From Lentisphaerota bacterium (GTDB lineage Bacteria > Verrucomicrobiota > Kiritimatiellia > UBA8416 > JAUUYL01), in the NCBI GenBank assembly GCA_030590485.1, contig JAUUYL010000004.1:7878-71877 (forward strand): DNA of 64,000 nt. The letters are read 5' to 3'. The notes below the pieces were generated by a model, which saw only the letters and a list, made by a program, of their open reading frames with translations, did no database searches and was not told the origin of the DNA. The position numbers were made by a program, and so were the translations under genes. Positions 9,392-19,649 of the stretch are shown piece by piece; the first letter of the stretch is position 1, and each line of letters starts with the position of its first letter.

Positions 9392-10327
9392 CTATTCCTT
9401 CCACTCATTCCAGGTTTTGAGGAGATCGTCGTCTGTCATCACACCCTCTTTGACTAGCAATAAATATTTGAGGGTAAATTCTGCATTGGGCTTCAGAATG
9501 AGCGGTGCAGCATAAAGTATCGCAGGGCTGAAGTAGGGCATTTTTTCGGATATGTACCAACACGTTGGATGCCTTGGATTTGAGGGGTGGTCGAAAATGA
9601 CTATAGTTGCCGTCTTACCATCGACGGTCTTTCCCGAAAACGTCATCCATCGCGCGGGTTGGCCATGCCCGCGTTTGCCGTCTAAGTCTGAGCTGCTTTT
9701 AAACTTCCAACCTAAAGTTTCCCTGGCTGCGCGAAAAGAGAACCCCGCATATCCGCCATAGTCCTTCTCGCCCTGCTCACCGGGTATCGCGGTCCGATCG
9801 AGAGAAATGTCTTTTTCACCGACCTTGAATGCGCTTTCCCACTCCATAGAATAACCGTCTTGCTTGGGCTTACTGAACTCTATACTTCGGGTTTCGGTTA
9901 TGAGCGCAGGTTGTTGCGGCATATGATACGAGAGAGCCATCTTGATTCTTGCACTATGCTTCAAAAGGCCTGTCCGAACTTTAACTGACAACACCTCCGT
10001 TATGCCCTGGGACTGGCCGTCATGCCGTTCCTCCCAAAAATTAGCGCCTCTGATATACTTCCACGCAAACCATACGCCCCGGTGCCACGGATGATCGGCG
10101 GGCCGAAAGGCGGTGAGAGCGGTCCCGTCAACGAGACTCAACGGATGTATTGATGGCTTTCCGGCTCCAATGGCGTGATTTGAGCACCACACGATCTTGC
10201 CGTCATTCAGAAGTGCAAGGCTATCATTCCTCTTTTCCCAGCGGAGCTGCCCGCCATACGCAGAAGCAATTTGCGTCAAAAAGATACACAACAGATGTAC
10301 ATATTGTTTTCTCATATTTCGGGACAT
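9392..10327 (-). CDS. Secreted DUF6807-like (so-called PmoA family) putative sugar-related protein
   Basis: Signal peptide after MSRNMRKQ; HPL...RPADHPWHRGVWFAW, YGGYAGFSFR, DHPSNPRHP motifs. Start trimmed to avoid overlap with the ychF-like gene. Confidence 0.65.
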   Translation of the reverse strand: MSRNMRKQYVHLLCIFLTQIASAYGGQLRWEKRNDSLALLNDGKIVWCSNHAIGAGKPSIHPLSLVDGTALTAFRPADHPWHRGVWFAWKYIRGANFWEERHDGQSQGITEVLSVKVRTGLLKHSARIKMALSYHMPQQPALITETRSIEFSKPKQDGYSMEWESAFKVGEKDISLDRTAIPGEQGEKDYGGYAGFSFRAARETLGWKFKSSSDLDGKRGHGQPARWMTFSGKTVDGKTATIVIFDHPSNPRHPTCWYISEKMPYFSPAILYAAPLILKPNAEFTLKYLLLVKEGVMTDDDLLKTWNEWKE

Positions 10328-10367
10328 ATTACAGCTTTCAGGTTGTCCGGCCGCAGGCCGTCTCGTC

Positions 10368-11393
10368 TTACACGTTAAACAAATAATGGCAGATGTCGCC
10401 GTCCTGGAGAATGTAATCTTTGCCGTTTGTCTGGAGCTTGCCCTGCTCTTTTGCTTTCTGTTCTGAGCCGGCCTCCATGAGGTCATCGTACCCGATGACT
10501 TCCACACGTATAAATCCGCGTTGTATGTCGGTATGAATCTTGCCGGCAGCTTCGGGCGCTGAGGCACCTTTGATGATTGTCCAGGCGCGACATTCGTCTT
10601 TACCAACCGTATAGAATGACATCAGGCCCAGTGCTTCATATGCTGCGGCGTTGACCCGAACCAGCCCGGATGACTCGATGTCGAGCGAGCCCATAAACTC
10701 CTCGCGTTCGGCAAGATCTTCAATATCCATAATCTCTTTTTCGATACTGCAGGAAACTTTCAGCCTATCGTCTGCGGCGCCCAAATCGTCTTCCGAAACA
10801 TTATAGACGCAGAGCACTGTAATACCGGTGAGCAGCGGAAGGCTTTTTATTGATGTCTCTTCATGTTCCGCCAGTTCTATATCACAGATCTTTTTCTCCG
10901 ATTCCAGGGCCTCCATACATTTCAAGAGGGTCGCTTCTTCCAATGCCTGCTCAGGGCTCAACCCAGCCTTCTTCTCCTTCTCGACTTTCTGGAGTCGCTT
11001 CTCAATTACCTGCATATCGGCAAGAAGAAGTTCTGATTCAAGAAGATCGCGATCGCGATCGGGGTCAACGCTTCCTTTTGGATGATAAACTTCATCACCC
11101 TCAAACGCTCTCAGCACCAGGCATATCAGGTCAGATTTTCGGACAGCATCCATCCACTCCGCATTCCCGGTCCCCTCGACAACATCCGGACAAAGTGCGT
11201 AATTGTTCTCAGCATAGACCTTCGTTTCCGGCTGGAACATCTCGGCCAGCTTATCAACGCGTTCGTCCTGCACAGGCGCGACCCCTTCAAGGACATCACC
11301 AGGCTTACGCCCTTCCTGCACTTCTCTTCCTGTTAACAGAGTAAATAATGTTTTCTTACCTGCCTGAGGCAGGCCTAATAACGCAATCTTCAT
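10368..11393 (-). CDS. YchF/OLA1-family NTPase paralog with C-terminal TGS (DUF933) domain
   Basis: GLPQAGKKT P-loop, DERVDKL, FYTVGKDECRAWTI, AAGKIHTDIQRGFIR, GKDYILQDGD. Confidence 0.85.
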   Translation of the reverse strand: MKIALLGLPQAGKKTLFTLLTGREVQEGRKPGDVLEGVAPVQDERVDKLAEMFQPETKVYAENNYALCPDVVEGTGNAEWMDAVRKSDLICLVLRAFEGDEVYHPKGSVDPDRDRDLLESELLLADMQVIEKRLQKVEKEKKAGLSPEQALEEATLLKCMEALESEKKICDIELAEHEETSIKSLPLLTGITVLCVYNVSEDDLGAADDRLKVSCSIEKEIMDIEDLAEREEFMGSLDIESSGLVRVNAAAYEALGLMSFYTVGKDECRAWTIIKGASAPEAAGKIHTDIQRGFIRVEVIGYDDLMEAGSEQKAKEQGKLQTNGKDYILQDGDICHYLFNV

Positions 11394-11580
11394 AATATAT
11401 TCTCAATCCTAATCCCTGCCAAGCCGCAGGCATGGTTAACCCCATTTCGCATATCATCCCTGCCAAGCCGCAAGCGACGCTGGATAAGTCCCTATCTGCT
11501 TTATCCTGAGCCTCTGGCGACGGGGAGAGCGGGCGGGTAAGTTTTTTACACTCCACAATTCACCTCCCACTGCTCACTGC

Positions 11581-12477
11581 TCACTTCACCTTCTTTCTTA
11601 TACTAAAATCACTCAACTTCCCAGGCATATACTTGTAACTATAAAATTTATCAAAGACTTTATCTCCTTTTACATGGACGATTCTAAGTCCTGATGGATG
11701 ACTTTGCGAATGACAGGCTGATGCTGTAGAAATCAGTTCCATTTCCTCGTACTTAGCATACATATTGGCATGAAGGTGTCCGGAAAAGACGATTTCGACC
11801 TTATATTTCTCAAACATCGTCAAAAGCTTATTCCTCAGCTCATGCGGCATATTATTATAAGCGTCAAGCTCATCAACCTTTTTGACATATGGCGGATGGT
11901 GCAGAAAGACTGTACGATGCTGATAATTCTTCTTTGCAGATTTCTTCAAAAGCTTCTCGATCCATTCCATCTGCTCCCGCGCCTGATCCTTAACATTAGC
12001 AGGTTGGATCAAGGTGTTGGATTCCATGATAATAAACAGGCTGTTCTTGTGCTCAAACGAATACCAGGGTTTACCAAAGCGTTCTTCGTACCATTCGAGA
12101 GTCGCCTTCGTGGGGTATTGACAAACGTCATGATTGCCTGCGGCATGATAGATCGAGATTTTCTTATCCAGCTTTTCAAGCGCACCGAAATACGCTTCTG
12201 ACATTTTCTCCGCGCGTTTCATATCGAGAGCCTTGGGATCATTTGGCAAGGCAAGCATATCACCACACACTACCAGAAAGTCCGGCTTCAGTTCATTCAC
12301 TACCGACACAGCATTTATCCAAGCCTTGTCATCGTCCTCTTTCCACCATAGTTGAGGATCCGCGGCGACCATATAGTAATAACCCTTATTGCCCCACGCC
12401 ATTGCCGGGGTGGTGGATAGCGCGACACCCGCCACAGCCAGCGACCTGATAAAATTACGTCTATTCATGTATCTCAT
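11581..12477 (-). CDS. Tat-exported calcineurin-like metallophosphoesterase
   Basis: NRRNFI Tat motif; ADPQ, CGD, GNHD, HHPP, SGHLH. Confidence 0.85.
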   Translation of the reverse strand: MRYMNRRNFIRSLAVAGVALSTTPAMAWGNKGYYYMVAADPQLWWKEDDDKAWINAVSVVNELKPDFLVVCGDMLALPNDPKALDMKRAEKMSEAYFGALEKLDKKISIYHAAGNHDVCQYPTKATLEWYEERFGKPWYSFEHKNSLFIIMESNTLIQPANVKDQAREQMEWIEKLLKKSAKKNYQHRTVFLHHPPYVKKVDELDAYNNMPHELRNKLLTMFEKYKVEIVFSGHLHANMYAKYEEMELISTASACHSQSHPSGLRIVHVKGDKVFDKFYSYKYMPGKLSDFSIRKKVK

Positions 12478-12497
12478 AATTTACTCCGAAACATCTT

Positions 12498-12647
12498 ACC
12501 CGCCCCGTCTTGGCCTCGCTTGAAGCTCGTCAAATCCACCCCTCCAAGGAGGGGATCTTTAGTCTTTTCATCCCCTCCTCCGGAGGGGTGCCCCAGCCTG
12601 TCCCCGACCAGTCGGGAGGGCTGGCAAGGCGAAGGGTGGGATGGGTT
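12498..12647. repeat. REP-like inverted doublet; includes copy 2 of the repeat on the minus strand
   Basis: Left arm ...CACCCCTCCAAGGAGGGGAT (to ~12556); right arm 12570-12647 is the reverse complement of the 4571-4646 repeat. Confidence 0.85.
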
Positions 12648-12652
12648 TATTT

Positions 12653-14128
12653 TTACCGCCAACCTGCCAATATCATCATTACTGTCTCATTCATTTCGAC
12701 AGCTCTTTCCTCGCTGTCGGCTTCCGTATAGCAACGAAGTTCCGGTGCATTGCCGGATGGGCGAAGGTGAACGACCTCGTCGTTATCAAACGTTATTCTC
12801 AACCCATCGATATTGTTCACATCCTTAAACGTACCAAACACTCCGAGTACGGCCTCGATGGCAGCTGAGCCGCCTTCGGACAGTTCCACGATCTTCGCGT
12901 TGCTGATTTCCGTCGGAAACTCCTGCAGGCGATCGCTGGCCGTGACGCGCTGCGGCAATGCCGCGAGAAGCTCTGATATTGGAACGCCCTTTTTAATCGA
13001 CAGCCCAATGATACCTAGATGTATGATAGCGGCATCACGTGTAGGCAAAGCGGCGAGGATCTTGCCTTCAATCTCAATATCGGATGCAGTAAGGAATCCG
13101 CCATTAGCCTCGTAGCCTACGACGCACTTACTTCCGGCATCAACAGCTGCTGCCATTTCAGCAACAACATATGGTGAGCCTATTCTGGTCCGTCTTACAT
13201 CTTTAAACGCGCCGCATTTTTCGACAGCGGTGTTACAGCTTACTGGTGTTACGACGGCGTCGGCACCAAAATGTTCCGCGCAGAGGATGCCTGCAACGTC
13301 GCCTCTGAGCCATTTGCCGTTTTCATCGCTGACCAGGGGGCGATCGCTATCGCCATCGGTAGAGACAATAGTATCGAACGAGCCGTCGCTCGCCCATTCC
13401 CTGGCGAGCTCTACATCTTCCGGGCGTATGGCTTCGGTATCCACAGAAATAAACTTGTCTGAATGACCGAGCTTTACAACCTCGGCGCCCAGGCTGGAAT
13501 ATATATCGCACAGAATATCGCGTCCTACGGCTGAGTGCTGGTAGAATCCGATTTTCTTTCCTTGAAGATAATCTGCCGGGAAGAAGGCGGACCAGCGCTT
13601 GAGATATGCTTCTTTGGCACCATTATCCTTTTCTGTAATTGTATATGGTATCGTTAGCATTCCACCATCGTCAAATATGTCAGGGGTCTCGATTTCCTGG
13701 CTCATCATGCCTGCCTCATCATCCTTGAGCACTTCGCCTTCCGGCTTATTGTATTTCAAGCCATTGCGGTCGTCAGGAATATGGCTGCCTGTGACCATTA
13801 TGGCGGGGCATTTCTGCATTATTCCGTAGAGTGCGATTGCCGGTGATGGTATTTTGCCGCAATCGACGGGGATATAACCTTTGTCGTCGCATGCCTTGGC
13901 GGCGGCGGCCATGATGCGGTCTGTACTTGATCTCAGATCGCCGGCGATGACGACGCGTTCGCCTGAAGATGTCAGGGCGCCTATTTGCTCCAGATACTGG
14001 ATAAAGCCCAATGTGTATGAATAGCAAACCACGTCAGTCATATCGACAACAAGTCCTCGTGCACCACTGGTACCGAATTTGACGCCGCAGGTTTCCATTA
14101 ACTCAGATATTTTCATTCTTCCGCTCAT
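12653..14128 (-). CDS. Phosphomannomutase / phosphohexomutase
   Basis: FGTSGARG, TGSH (phosphoserine), DGDSDR, YEANGG, RPSGNAPELR. Confidence 0.92.
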   Translation of the reverse strand: MSGRMKISELMETCGVKFGTSGARGLVVDMTDVVCYSYTLGFIQYLEQIGALTSSGERVVIAGDLRSSTDRIMAAAAKACDDKGYIPVDCGKIPSPAIALYGIMQKCPAIMVTGSHIPDDRNGLKYNKPEGEVLKDDEAGMMSQEIETPDIFDDGGMLTIPYTITEKDNGAKEAYLKRWSAFFPADYLQGKKIGFYQHSAVGRDILCDIYSSLGAEVVKLGHSDKFISVDTEAIRPEDVELAREWASDGSFDTIVSTDGDSDRPLVSDENGKWLRGDVAGILCAEHFGADAVVTPVSCNTAVEKCGAFKDVRRTRIGSPYVVAEMAAAVDAGSKCVVGYEANGGFLTASDIEIEGKILAALPTRDAAIIHLGIIGLSIKKGVPISELLAALPQRVTASDRLQEFPTEISNAKIVELSEGGSAAIEAVLGVFGTFKDVNNIDGLRITFDNDEVVHLRPSGNAPELRCYTEADSEERAVEMNETVMMILAGWR

Positions 14129-14154
14129 CTTTAAAATCCTCTCATTTGACCTGC

Positions 14155-14183
14155 AGTAAACTAGAAAAGGCGGATTCAGTCAA
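14155..14183 (-). promoter_or_regulatory. Putative sigma-70 promoter of the PMM gene
   Basis: TTGACT-17 nt-TTTACT on the minus strand. Confidence 0.45.
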
Positions 14184-14322
14184 CGTAAAGCGGGAAGAAA
14201 CAGGCATTTTCCAGAGCTTCGGGTTAAGGCATTCATTAGTGCTTGGGTATTTAGTCATTCGTCATTATTGGCAAGTCTCTCCATTTTAGACAGCTAGCGC
14301 TATGGAGATATTGACCCTGGGG

Positions 14323-15249
14323 TCAGTTCCCCGCAAGAGACATTAATTCAAGCATATCAGGCCATAGCGGAGCCTCAAATTCAACCATCCGCCCATCTGA
14401 AGGGTGCGATAATGCAAGAAACTGCGCATGGAGCATCTGCCTCGGCGGCTTTAGAGAAAGCACATTGTCGCGCTTAGCCGAACCATATTGCTTATCCCCC
14501 ACAACAGAATGCCCCAAATGTGCCATATGGACACGAATCTGATGTGTTCTGCCCGTGGCAATTCGAACCCTCACAAGACTTGTTTCATCATAACGCTCTT
14601 CCACCTCGTACTCAGTTATGGCATCTCGTCCGGAAACAGGATTCACCGACATCTTCTTTCGATCATGACTGCTTCTACCGATCATAGTGCGAATCTCTCC
14701 CGACTCCGGGCTCGGCGTCCCATAGACAATCGCAAGATACTCTTTGCGCACCAATCGATCCTTAAACTGTTGCTGTAAAGCTTCCATTGCCTGATCATTC
14801 TTCGCCGCCACCAATACGCCAGACGTATCCTTATCCAGACGATGAACTATCCCCGGCCGCATTTCACCGCCAATCCCCTTTAGATCCTTACAGTGAAACA
14901 AAAGTGCGTTTACGAGCGTCCCCGACCAATGTCCTGGCGCAGGATGCACTACCAGACCAGCAGGTTTATTGACGACGATGATATCGTTGTCCTCATAAAT
15001 GACTTCCAGCGGTATATCCTCAGCCTCAAGATCGACATCTATTGCTGGCGGAATATCAACATTTACATCCATTCCCTCTCGAATCTTCTGGTGGGCTCGA
15101 ACACGTTTCCCGTCCACAAGGATGCTTCCGGACTTTATGAGCGCCTGAATACGCGCGCGCGACAGCTCCGGCATTTGTTCTGAAAGCCAAACGTCAAGTC
15201 TGACGGCAGATTTGCATTCGGGAACTCTAAAGACAAATTGATCATTCAT
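14323..15249 (-). CDS. rluD: RluD/RluA-family pseudouridine synthase with S4 domain
   Basis: RLD S4 start, NKPAGLVVHP, HRLDKDTSG, TGRTHQIRVH. Confidence 0.88.
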   Translation of the reverse strand: MNDQFVFRVPECKSAVRLDVWLSEQMPELSRARIQALIKSGSILVDGKRVRAHQKIREGMDVNVDIPPAIDVDLEAEDIPLEVIYEDNDIIVVNKPAGLVVHPAPGHWSGTLVNALLFHCKDLKGIGGEMRPGIVHRLDKDTSGVLVAAKNDQAMEALQQQFKDRLVRKEYLAIVYGTPSPESGEIRTMIGRSSHDRKKMSVNPVSGRDAITEYEVEERYDETSLVRVRIATGRTHQIRVHMAHLGHSVVGDKQYGSAKRDNVLSLKPPRQMLHAQFLALSHPSDGRMVEFEAPLWPDMLELMSLAGN

Positions 15250-15261
15250 AACGCAAAAAAG

Positions 15262-16017
15262 TCATTCACTTTTAGACACAGGTTTCCTGAGAAAGAACAC
15301 AAACATCACAATGCCCGAAAAAGCAATTGTGAGGCTGATTATCTGAGCTACTGACAAAGCGGCAACACGCGTCCTGTCATCCCCCCTGAGCAATTCCAGG
15401 AAAAACCGTCCCAATGGATAAATAATCAGGTAAACCGAAGAGACAATACCATCACGTTTTCTGCGCCTGAACAAGAGTACGATAAGCATATAGATGGCAA
15501 TATTATAACCTGCCTCTACCAACTGCAAGGGGAACAGCTTTCCTTCCCCTCCGGCGAGCGGCGTCCCATGACAACACCCATTTAAATAACATCCCACCCG
15601 TCCCAGCGCATGAGAAAGACCCACTGATGTCGCAGCAAAATCATACAGCGCTACGATTGGTTGATTTTTAGCCCTGGCAAATAGCGCTATTGCCATAAGA
15701 GAACCGATGAGACCTCCATAAAAGATCAAGCCTCCCTGATCCAGTCTTGGTATCAGGAATGGATCCTGCGCAAAAATGTCCCAGTTAGCCATGACATATG
15801 CCACCCGGGCCCCGAGAATTCCCGATACCATTATCCAAAAAAGTAAATCCGAACAAAACGTTACATCTCGACCATCTTTTTTCCCCAATACGGACCAGTT
15901 CACAAGCGCAGCAATAAAGCCCATCGCCATCATCACCCCATACCACCTGATTGTCACAGGCCCCAATTCCACAAATACAGGATCAATCAAAACGTGTCTC
16001 CTTAAAAAAATAATCAA
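15262..16017 (-). CDS. lgt: Prolipoprotein diacylglyceryl transferase (true start may be ~30 nt downstream)
   Basis: IRWYG, ILGAR, GGLIFYGG, GRVGCYLNGCCHG, RFFLELLRGD. Confidence 0.92.
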   Translation of the reverse strand: MIIFLRRHVLIDPVFVELGPVTIRWYGVMMAMGFIAALVNWSVLGKKDGRDVTFCSDLLFWIMVSGILGARVAYVMANWDIFAQDPFLIPRLDQGGLIFYGGLIGSLMAIALFARAKNQPIVALYDFAATSVGLSHALGRVGCYLNGCCHGTPLAGGEGKLFPLQLVEAGYNIAIYMLIVLLFRRRKRDGIVSSVYLIIYPLGRFFLELLRGDDRTRVAALSVAQIISLTIAFSGIVMFVFFLRKPVSKSE

Positions 16018-16096
16018 ATAATGTTAATTTCATATGGACAAGGTTCATACAGTGCTTATGATGACTAATGACACGTAGTTTAAGCAAGGAAAATGT

Positions 16097-18721
16097 ATGA
16101 GCGCTGAAGACAAGACCCCGGATATTATCTTCGATAGAGTCAATGTTGCGATCTGCAGTCTATGCGGTTGCGACATAGATGTTGCGGGTATAGACCCTTT
16201 TCTGCAGATGGAATGTCCCGACTGCGGCAGTCTTGAGCCTGTCCCAGGTAAACTGGGCCCATTCCTTCTCCTCGAACTTCTTGGTACAGGCGGCATGGGC
16301 GGAGTATACAAAGCTCGGGACACTGCACTTGGCAGGCTCGTAGGTATCAAGGTAATGCTGTCATCCGTGGGCGAGGACGCACAGTTCATTGAGACATTCA
16401 GGCGTGAAGCACAGGCGGCAGCCAAACTCAATCATCCAAACATTGCTCAGATTTATTCATTCGGGCAAGAAAAAGGTCAACCATACATAGTGATGGAACT
16501 TGTTTCCGGACAACATTTCGACAAAATGGTTGATGAAGAAGCATCTCTGGACCAGGGTCTTATAATGCAGGTCGGCTATGACATTGCTCTCGGACTTCAG
16601 GCCGCGGACGAGATCCACCTCATACATGGCGACATCAAACCTGAGAACATTCTTCTCGACGAAAAGATGAGCGCCAAACTCGTAGACTTCGGAATTGCAA
16701 GTTTTGCGCACCAGGGTGCACAGGAAGGTATATGGGGAACGCCTTATTATATTTGTCCTGAAAAAATAAGGAAACAGCCAGTAGATGCGCGCTCCGATAT
16801 CTACAGCTTAGGTGCAACTCTTTACCATGCAATCACAAAGCATCCTCCATTTGACGGTAAAACGCCAATAGAAGTGGTTAAAGCGCGCCTCAATAGACCG
16901 CCGTTGCCGATGGGCCGCTACCGAAAAGACATTAATCCACGTGTCAACCAAATCATCAATCGCATGCTTCAACTGGAACCATCTCGCAGATATCCAAATT
17001 ATAGCTCCCTCCTCAGCGATATACGGAAAGCCACAATGGAGCTGGGCTCGGGCTCACGTTCGCGTTCAAAAATGAGCAAAAAGGGAAGAAAGGTGATAAT
17101 CTCCAAACACTCTACGGCGGAACAAAGGCCCTCGTCTGAGCGACGGCCTGCGGTTAAAACAAAACGAACAATTAAAGCACCTCCGTCCAGCAGTCGCTCC
17201 TCGCTCAAGACCACTCACAGCGCCACTACATCCGACCCGGCCGAGGGAGAATCGGATTCCGCAATCAAGAAATACAAAAACCAATCTACTCAGGTCGTCA
17301 AACCCGAAAAGAAAGGCAAAGGCGGCCTCATAGCTCTTATGGTCGTACTGGTCGTACTGTTGGCAGGAACCGGTCTTGGTCTCTTTCTCTATATAAAAGA
17401 CAAAAATATAAAAGCATATAACGTCTATGTTGAGATGACAACGCTTGCTGCGCACAAACAAACAGGTGAAAATACATATGCACAGATATTGACTGTTGCA
17501 AGCAATGTATCCGCCATAGCCGAGTCTGCCCTGGAACACAATGCAACAGGCAAAGCAGCAGTCCTACTCATACTCGGCGACCCCCTTCAACCTGAAGAAC
17601 CCGTGGCCCCGTTTCCTGGACCAAAACAAGAATCCACGCCGCAAAGAGAAGGCGATTCATCCGCCATTGAGAAAAAAGCTGACGGAACAGAGATGCCGGC
17701 AGGCATGCTGACTCGTGCACAGCTTGATGCAGGACGCAATAAAACGATGGCCCCACCTCCAGCAGCCCCAAGACCCGGGCCAGAGCCAGAAGATGCTGTT
17801 GAGACAGTTCACCCCATCAAAGTGCTTGCAAAAAGGATCGCAGCCATAGCTGCTGAGCTACAAAGCAACTCCGAAGAGGTAGAGCAGATAGCGGTCACCT
17901 GCTTCGCAAATAAAAGCAAAGTAGATACATCGAGAACATCTAAGGACGCAGCCGGAAACCTGGCAACTCTTACTGCCGACCTGACATCTGTCAGCGCTCT
18001 CCACGAGAACTCAACCACTATATTCGCGGCCCTACAGACGCTCTCGAAAGAAGCTGGAAAAATGAAGGACGAGAAAGATACTGAAGAAGCAGCGCGACTC
18101 AAAGCCATCAAAGAGGAAGAAGACAGGCGCAACGCCGAGATTGAAGCCCAGCGCAAGGCTGAAGAATACGCCGAGCTTGTGAAAAACGAGATGGAACTTG
18201 CCGAAGCCGCAAGGAAGATGAACGAGCCCTTTATAGCGCAGCTCAATTTCGAAGAAGCAGCCACTACTGTTAGAAGCCAAGTCTCGGATTACAAGAGCAA
18301 GGAAGGGCGAGAGTCCATAGCCGTACTACTCGACAAATACGAACGCCTTGCAAAGTTCAAACTGTTTCTAATCGAAAGCATCAACAAGACTCCATACAAA
18401 TGGGGCTATGGCAGGGGCACTTCAACAAGAGATATAGCATCTGCAAATGATGAAGGCTTACAAATATCAGGTATTCCCCAAACTCTTCCATGGGACAGCG
18501 TCAGCCCAAAACTATTCCTGAAGATAACTAATCACTATCTCGCCAATAAAAGAACAAGAATCCGTGTACTCGGCGAAGGAAATCTAGGTGCAGCCATTTA
18601 CTGCAAAGAGATTGCTAATGGCAACGACGCCGCGCTGTTAGCCGCCAGGAAATACGCAGAAACCGCCACTGAGTTTTGCGAAGATCTTCAGGAGCATGTC
18701 GAAAGACTCCTGCAATTCTAA
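16097..18721 (+). CDS. Membrane Ser/Thr protein kinase with N-terminal Zn ribbon
   Basis: CSLC/CPDC; GTGGMG, HGDIKPEN, DFG; one TM helix around aa 410-435; long helical C-terminal region. Confidence 0.9.
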   Translation: MSAEDKTPDIIFDRVNVAICSLCGCDIDVAGIDPFLQMECPDCGSLEPVPGKLGPFLLLELLGTGGMGGVYKARDTALGRLVGIKVMLSSVGEDAQFIETFRREAQAAAKLNHPNIAQIYSFGQEKGQPYIVMELVSGQHFDKMVDEEASLDQGLIMQVGYDIALGLQAADEIHLIHGDIKPENILLDEKMSAKLVDFGIASFAHQGAQEGIWGTPYYICPEKIRKQPVDARSDIYSLGATLYHAITKHPPFDGKTPIEVVKARLNRPPLPMGRYRKDINPRVNQIINRMLQLEPSRRYPNYSSLLSDIRKATMELGSGSRSRSKMSKKGRKVIISKHSTAEQRPSSERRPAVKTKRTIKAPPSSSRSSLKTTHSATTSDPAEGESDSAIKKYKNQSTQVVKPEKKGKGGLIALMVVLVVLLAGTGLGLFLYIKDKNIKAYNVYVEMTTLAAHKQTGENTYAQILTVASNVSAIAESALEHNATGKAAVLLILGDPLQPEEPVAPFPGPKQESTPQREGDSSAIEKKADGTEMPAGMLTRAQLDAGRNKTMAPPPAAPRPGPEPEDAVETVHPIKVLAKRIAAIAAELQSNSEEVEQIAVTCFANKSKVDTSRTSKDAAGNLATLTADLTSVSALHENSTTIFAALQTLSKEAGKMKDEKDTEEAARLKAIKEEEDRRNAEIEAQRKAEEYAELVKNEMELAEAARKMNEPFIAQLNFEEAATTVRSQVSDYKSKEGRESIAVLLDKYERLAKFKLFLIESINKTPYKWGYGRGTSTRDIASANDEGLQISGIPQTLPWDSVSPKLFLKITNHYLANKRTRIRVLGEGNLGAAIYCKEIANGNDAALLAARKYAETATEFCEDLQEHVERLLQF

Positions 18722-18770
18722 GGGTCTTCCGCAGAATTTGCGGGTAGGTAATGAGACAAAATACGGGGGA

Positions 18771-18906
18771 GATTAAGCCGTTGGACTAAGGGTATGCGGA
18801 CTAAGTGTGGCGACTAAGAACGGGACTAAGTGTTTGGATATACGATCCCTACACTTCAGCGTACACTTACGCCCACACTTCGTCGCACACTTACTTGGTT
18901 ACGCTT
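18771..18906. repeat. ~12-bp-period repeat tract with inverted arms
   Basis: GA(C/T)TAAG at 18771, 18784, 18799, 18812, 18824; ACACTT at 18851, 18863, 18875, 18887. Confidence 0.75.
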
Positions 18907-19188
18907 AAACGACTCGCTTTATCGGTCTCAACTGCCCCAATAATCTCGCTACCTGCCCGCAGTGCTACATAGCAGGCGGGCAAGATAATTCCGCCCATTC
19001 TACGCAGCAATTGCACTCTATACCTCCACCGAAAGACCAGATCCTATTCGGTTGGCAATTCCATCTACCCACAGATTATTCATAAGACCCTCTTTTCAAC
19101 TTCCAACAACCAATTATTCAAGTATTTTCTCTTCTTCGGGTGTTGGAAGTTGACTGTTGGCTGTTGAATTAATTTGTTCCTTCTTTAA

Positions 19189-19575
19189 TTAAGAATCGGG
19201 ATCCAGCCTGAATCCTATTGTCTTAACACGTTTTGGTCCGAAACGCGCCTGAAGATTACCAAGCATCGTACCCTTGCCGTGCCGGGACAACTCGCTCATC
19301 CACACCGAGCTATCAACAAACACCGTTAAATTGCTATCTTTAACCATGCCAGGCCTACTGTGTTTAGAAACAGCATCCCCGACGATAGCGGGCCATTCAT
19401 CTTCAAGGACAGCGAGCCAATGCTGATCTTCCATTCCGAGTTTCTTCATAATACCCGGCATCACGTTTGACATGGGAACAGGATTACGCAACCCCTGCGA
19501 CGGCTCCGACCCATCCAGGCGACAACGCTCCCGCTGTATTTGTTTGATGCGTGATTTCTTTTTTCTCGGTCTCAT
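19189..19575 (-). CDS. DUF721/DciA family protein
   Basis: W-x-x-IVG...HSRP...LTVFVDSSVWMSEL pattern. Confidence 0.8.
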   Translation of the reverse strand: MRPRKKKSRIKQIQRERCRLDGSEPSQGLRNPVPMSNVMPGIMKKLGMEDQHWLAVLEDEWPAIVGDAVSKHSRPGMVKDSNLTVFVDSSVWMSELSRHGKGTMLGNLQARFGPKRVKTIGFRLDPDS

Positions 19576-19649
19576 ATCTTTTTCTCTTGATTCCAACACG
19601 AAAATGATGTCAACTTCCCTACTTTCAAACAACTAAAAAAGGATAAATA

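Noticed and set aside
9392..10606. 404-aa version of the ORF, and a methane monooxygenase reading of the PmoA label
   Set aside because: The extension overlaps the ychF-like gene and precedes a signal peptide; the protein is soluble and lacks pMMO features
18771..18906. Possible CRISPR array
   Set aside because: Units are 6-7 bp at ~12-bp period with inverted arms; no 25-40-bp repeats, spacers or cas genes
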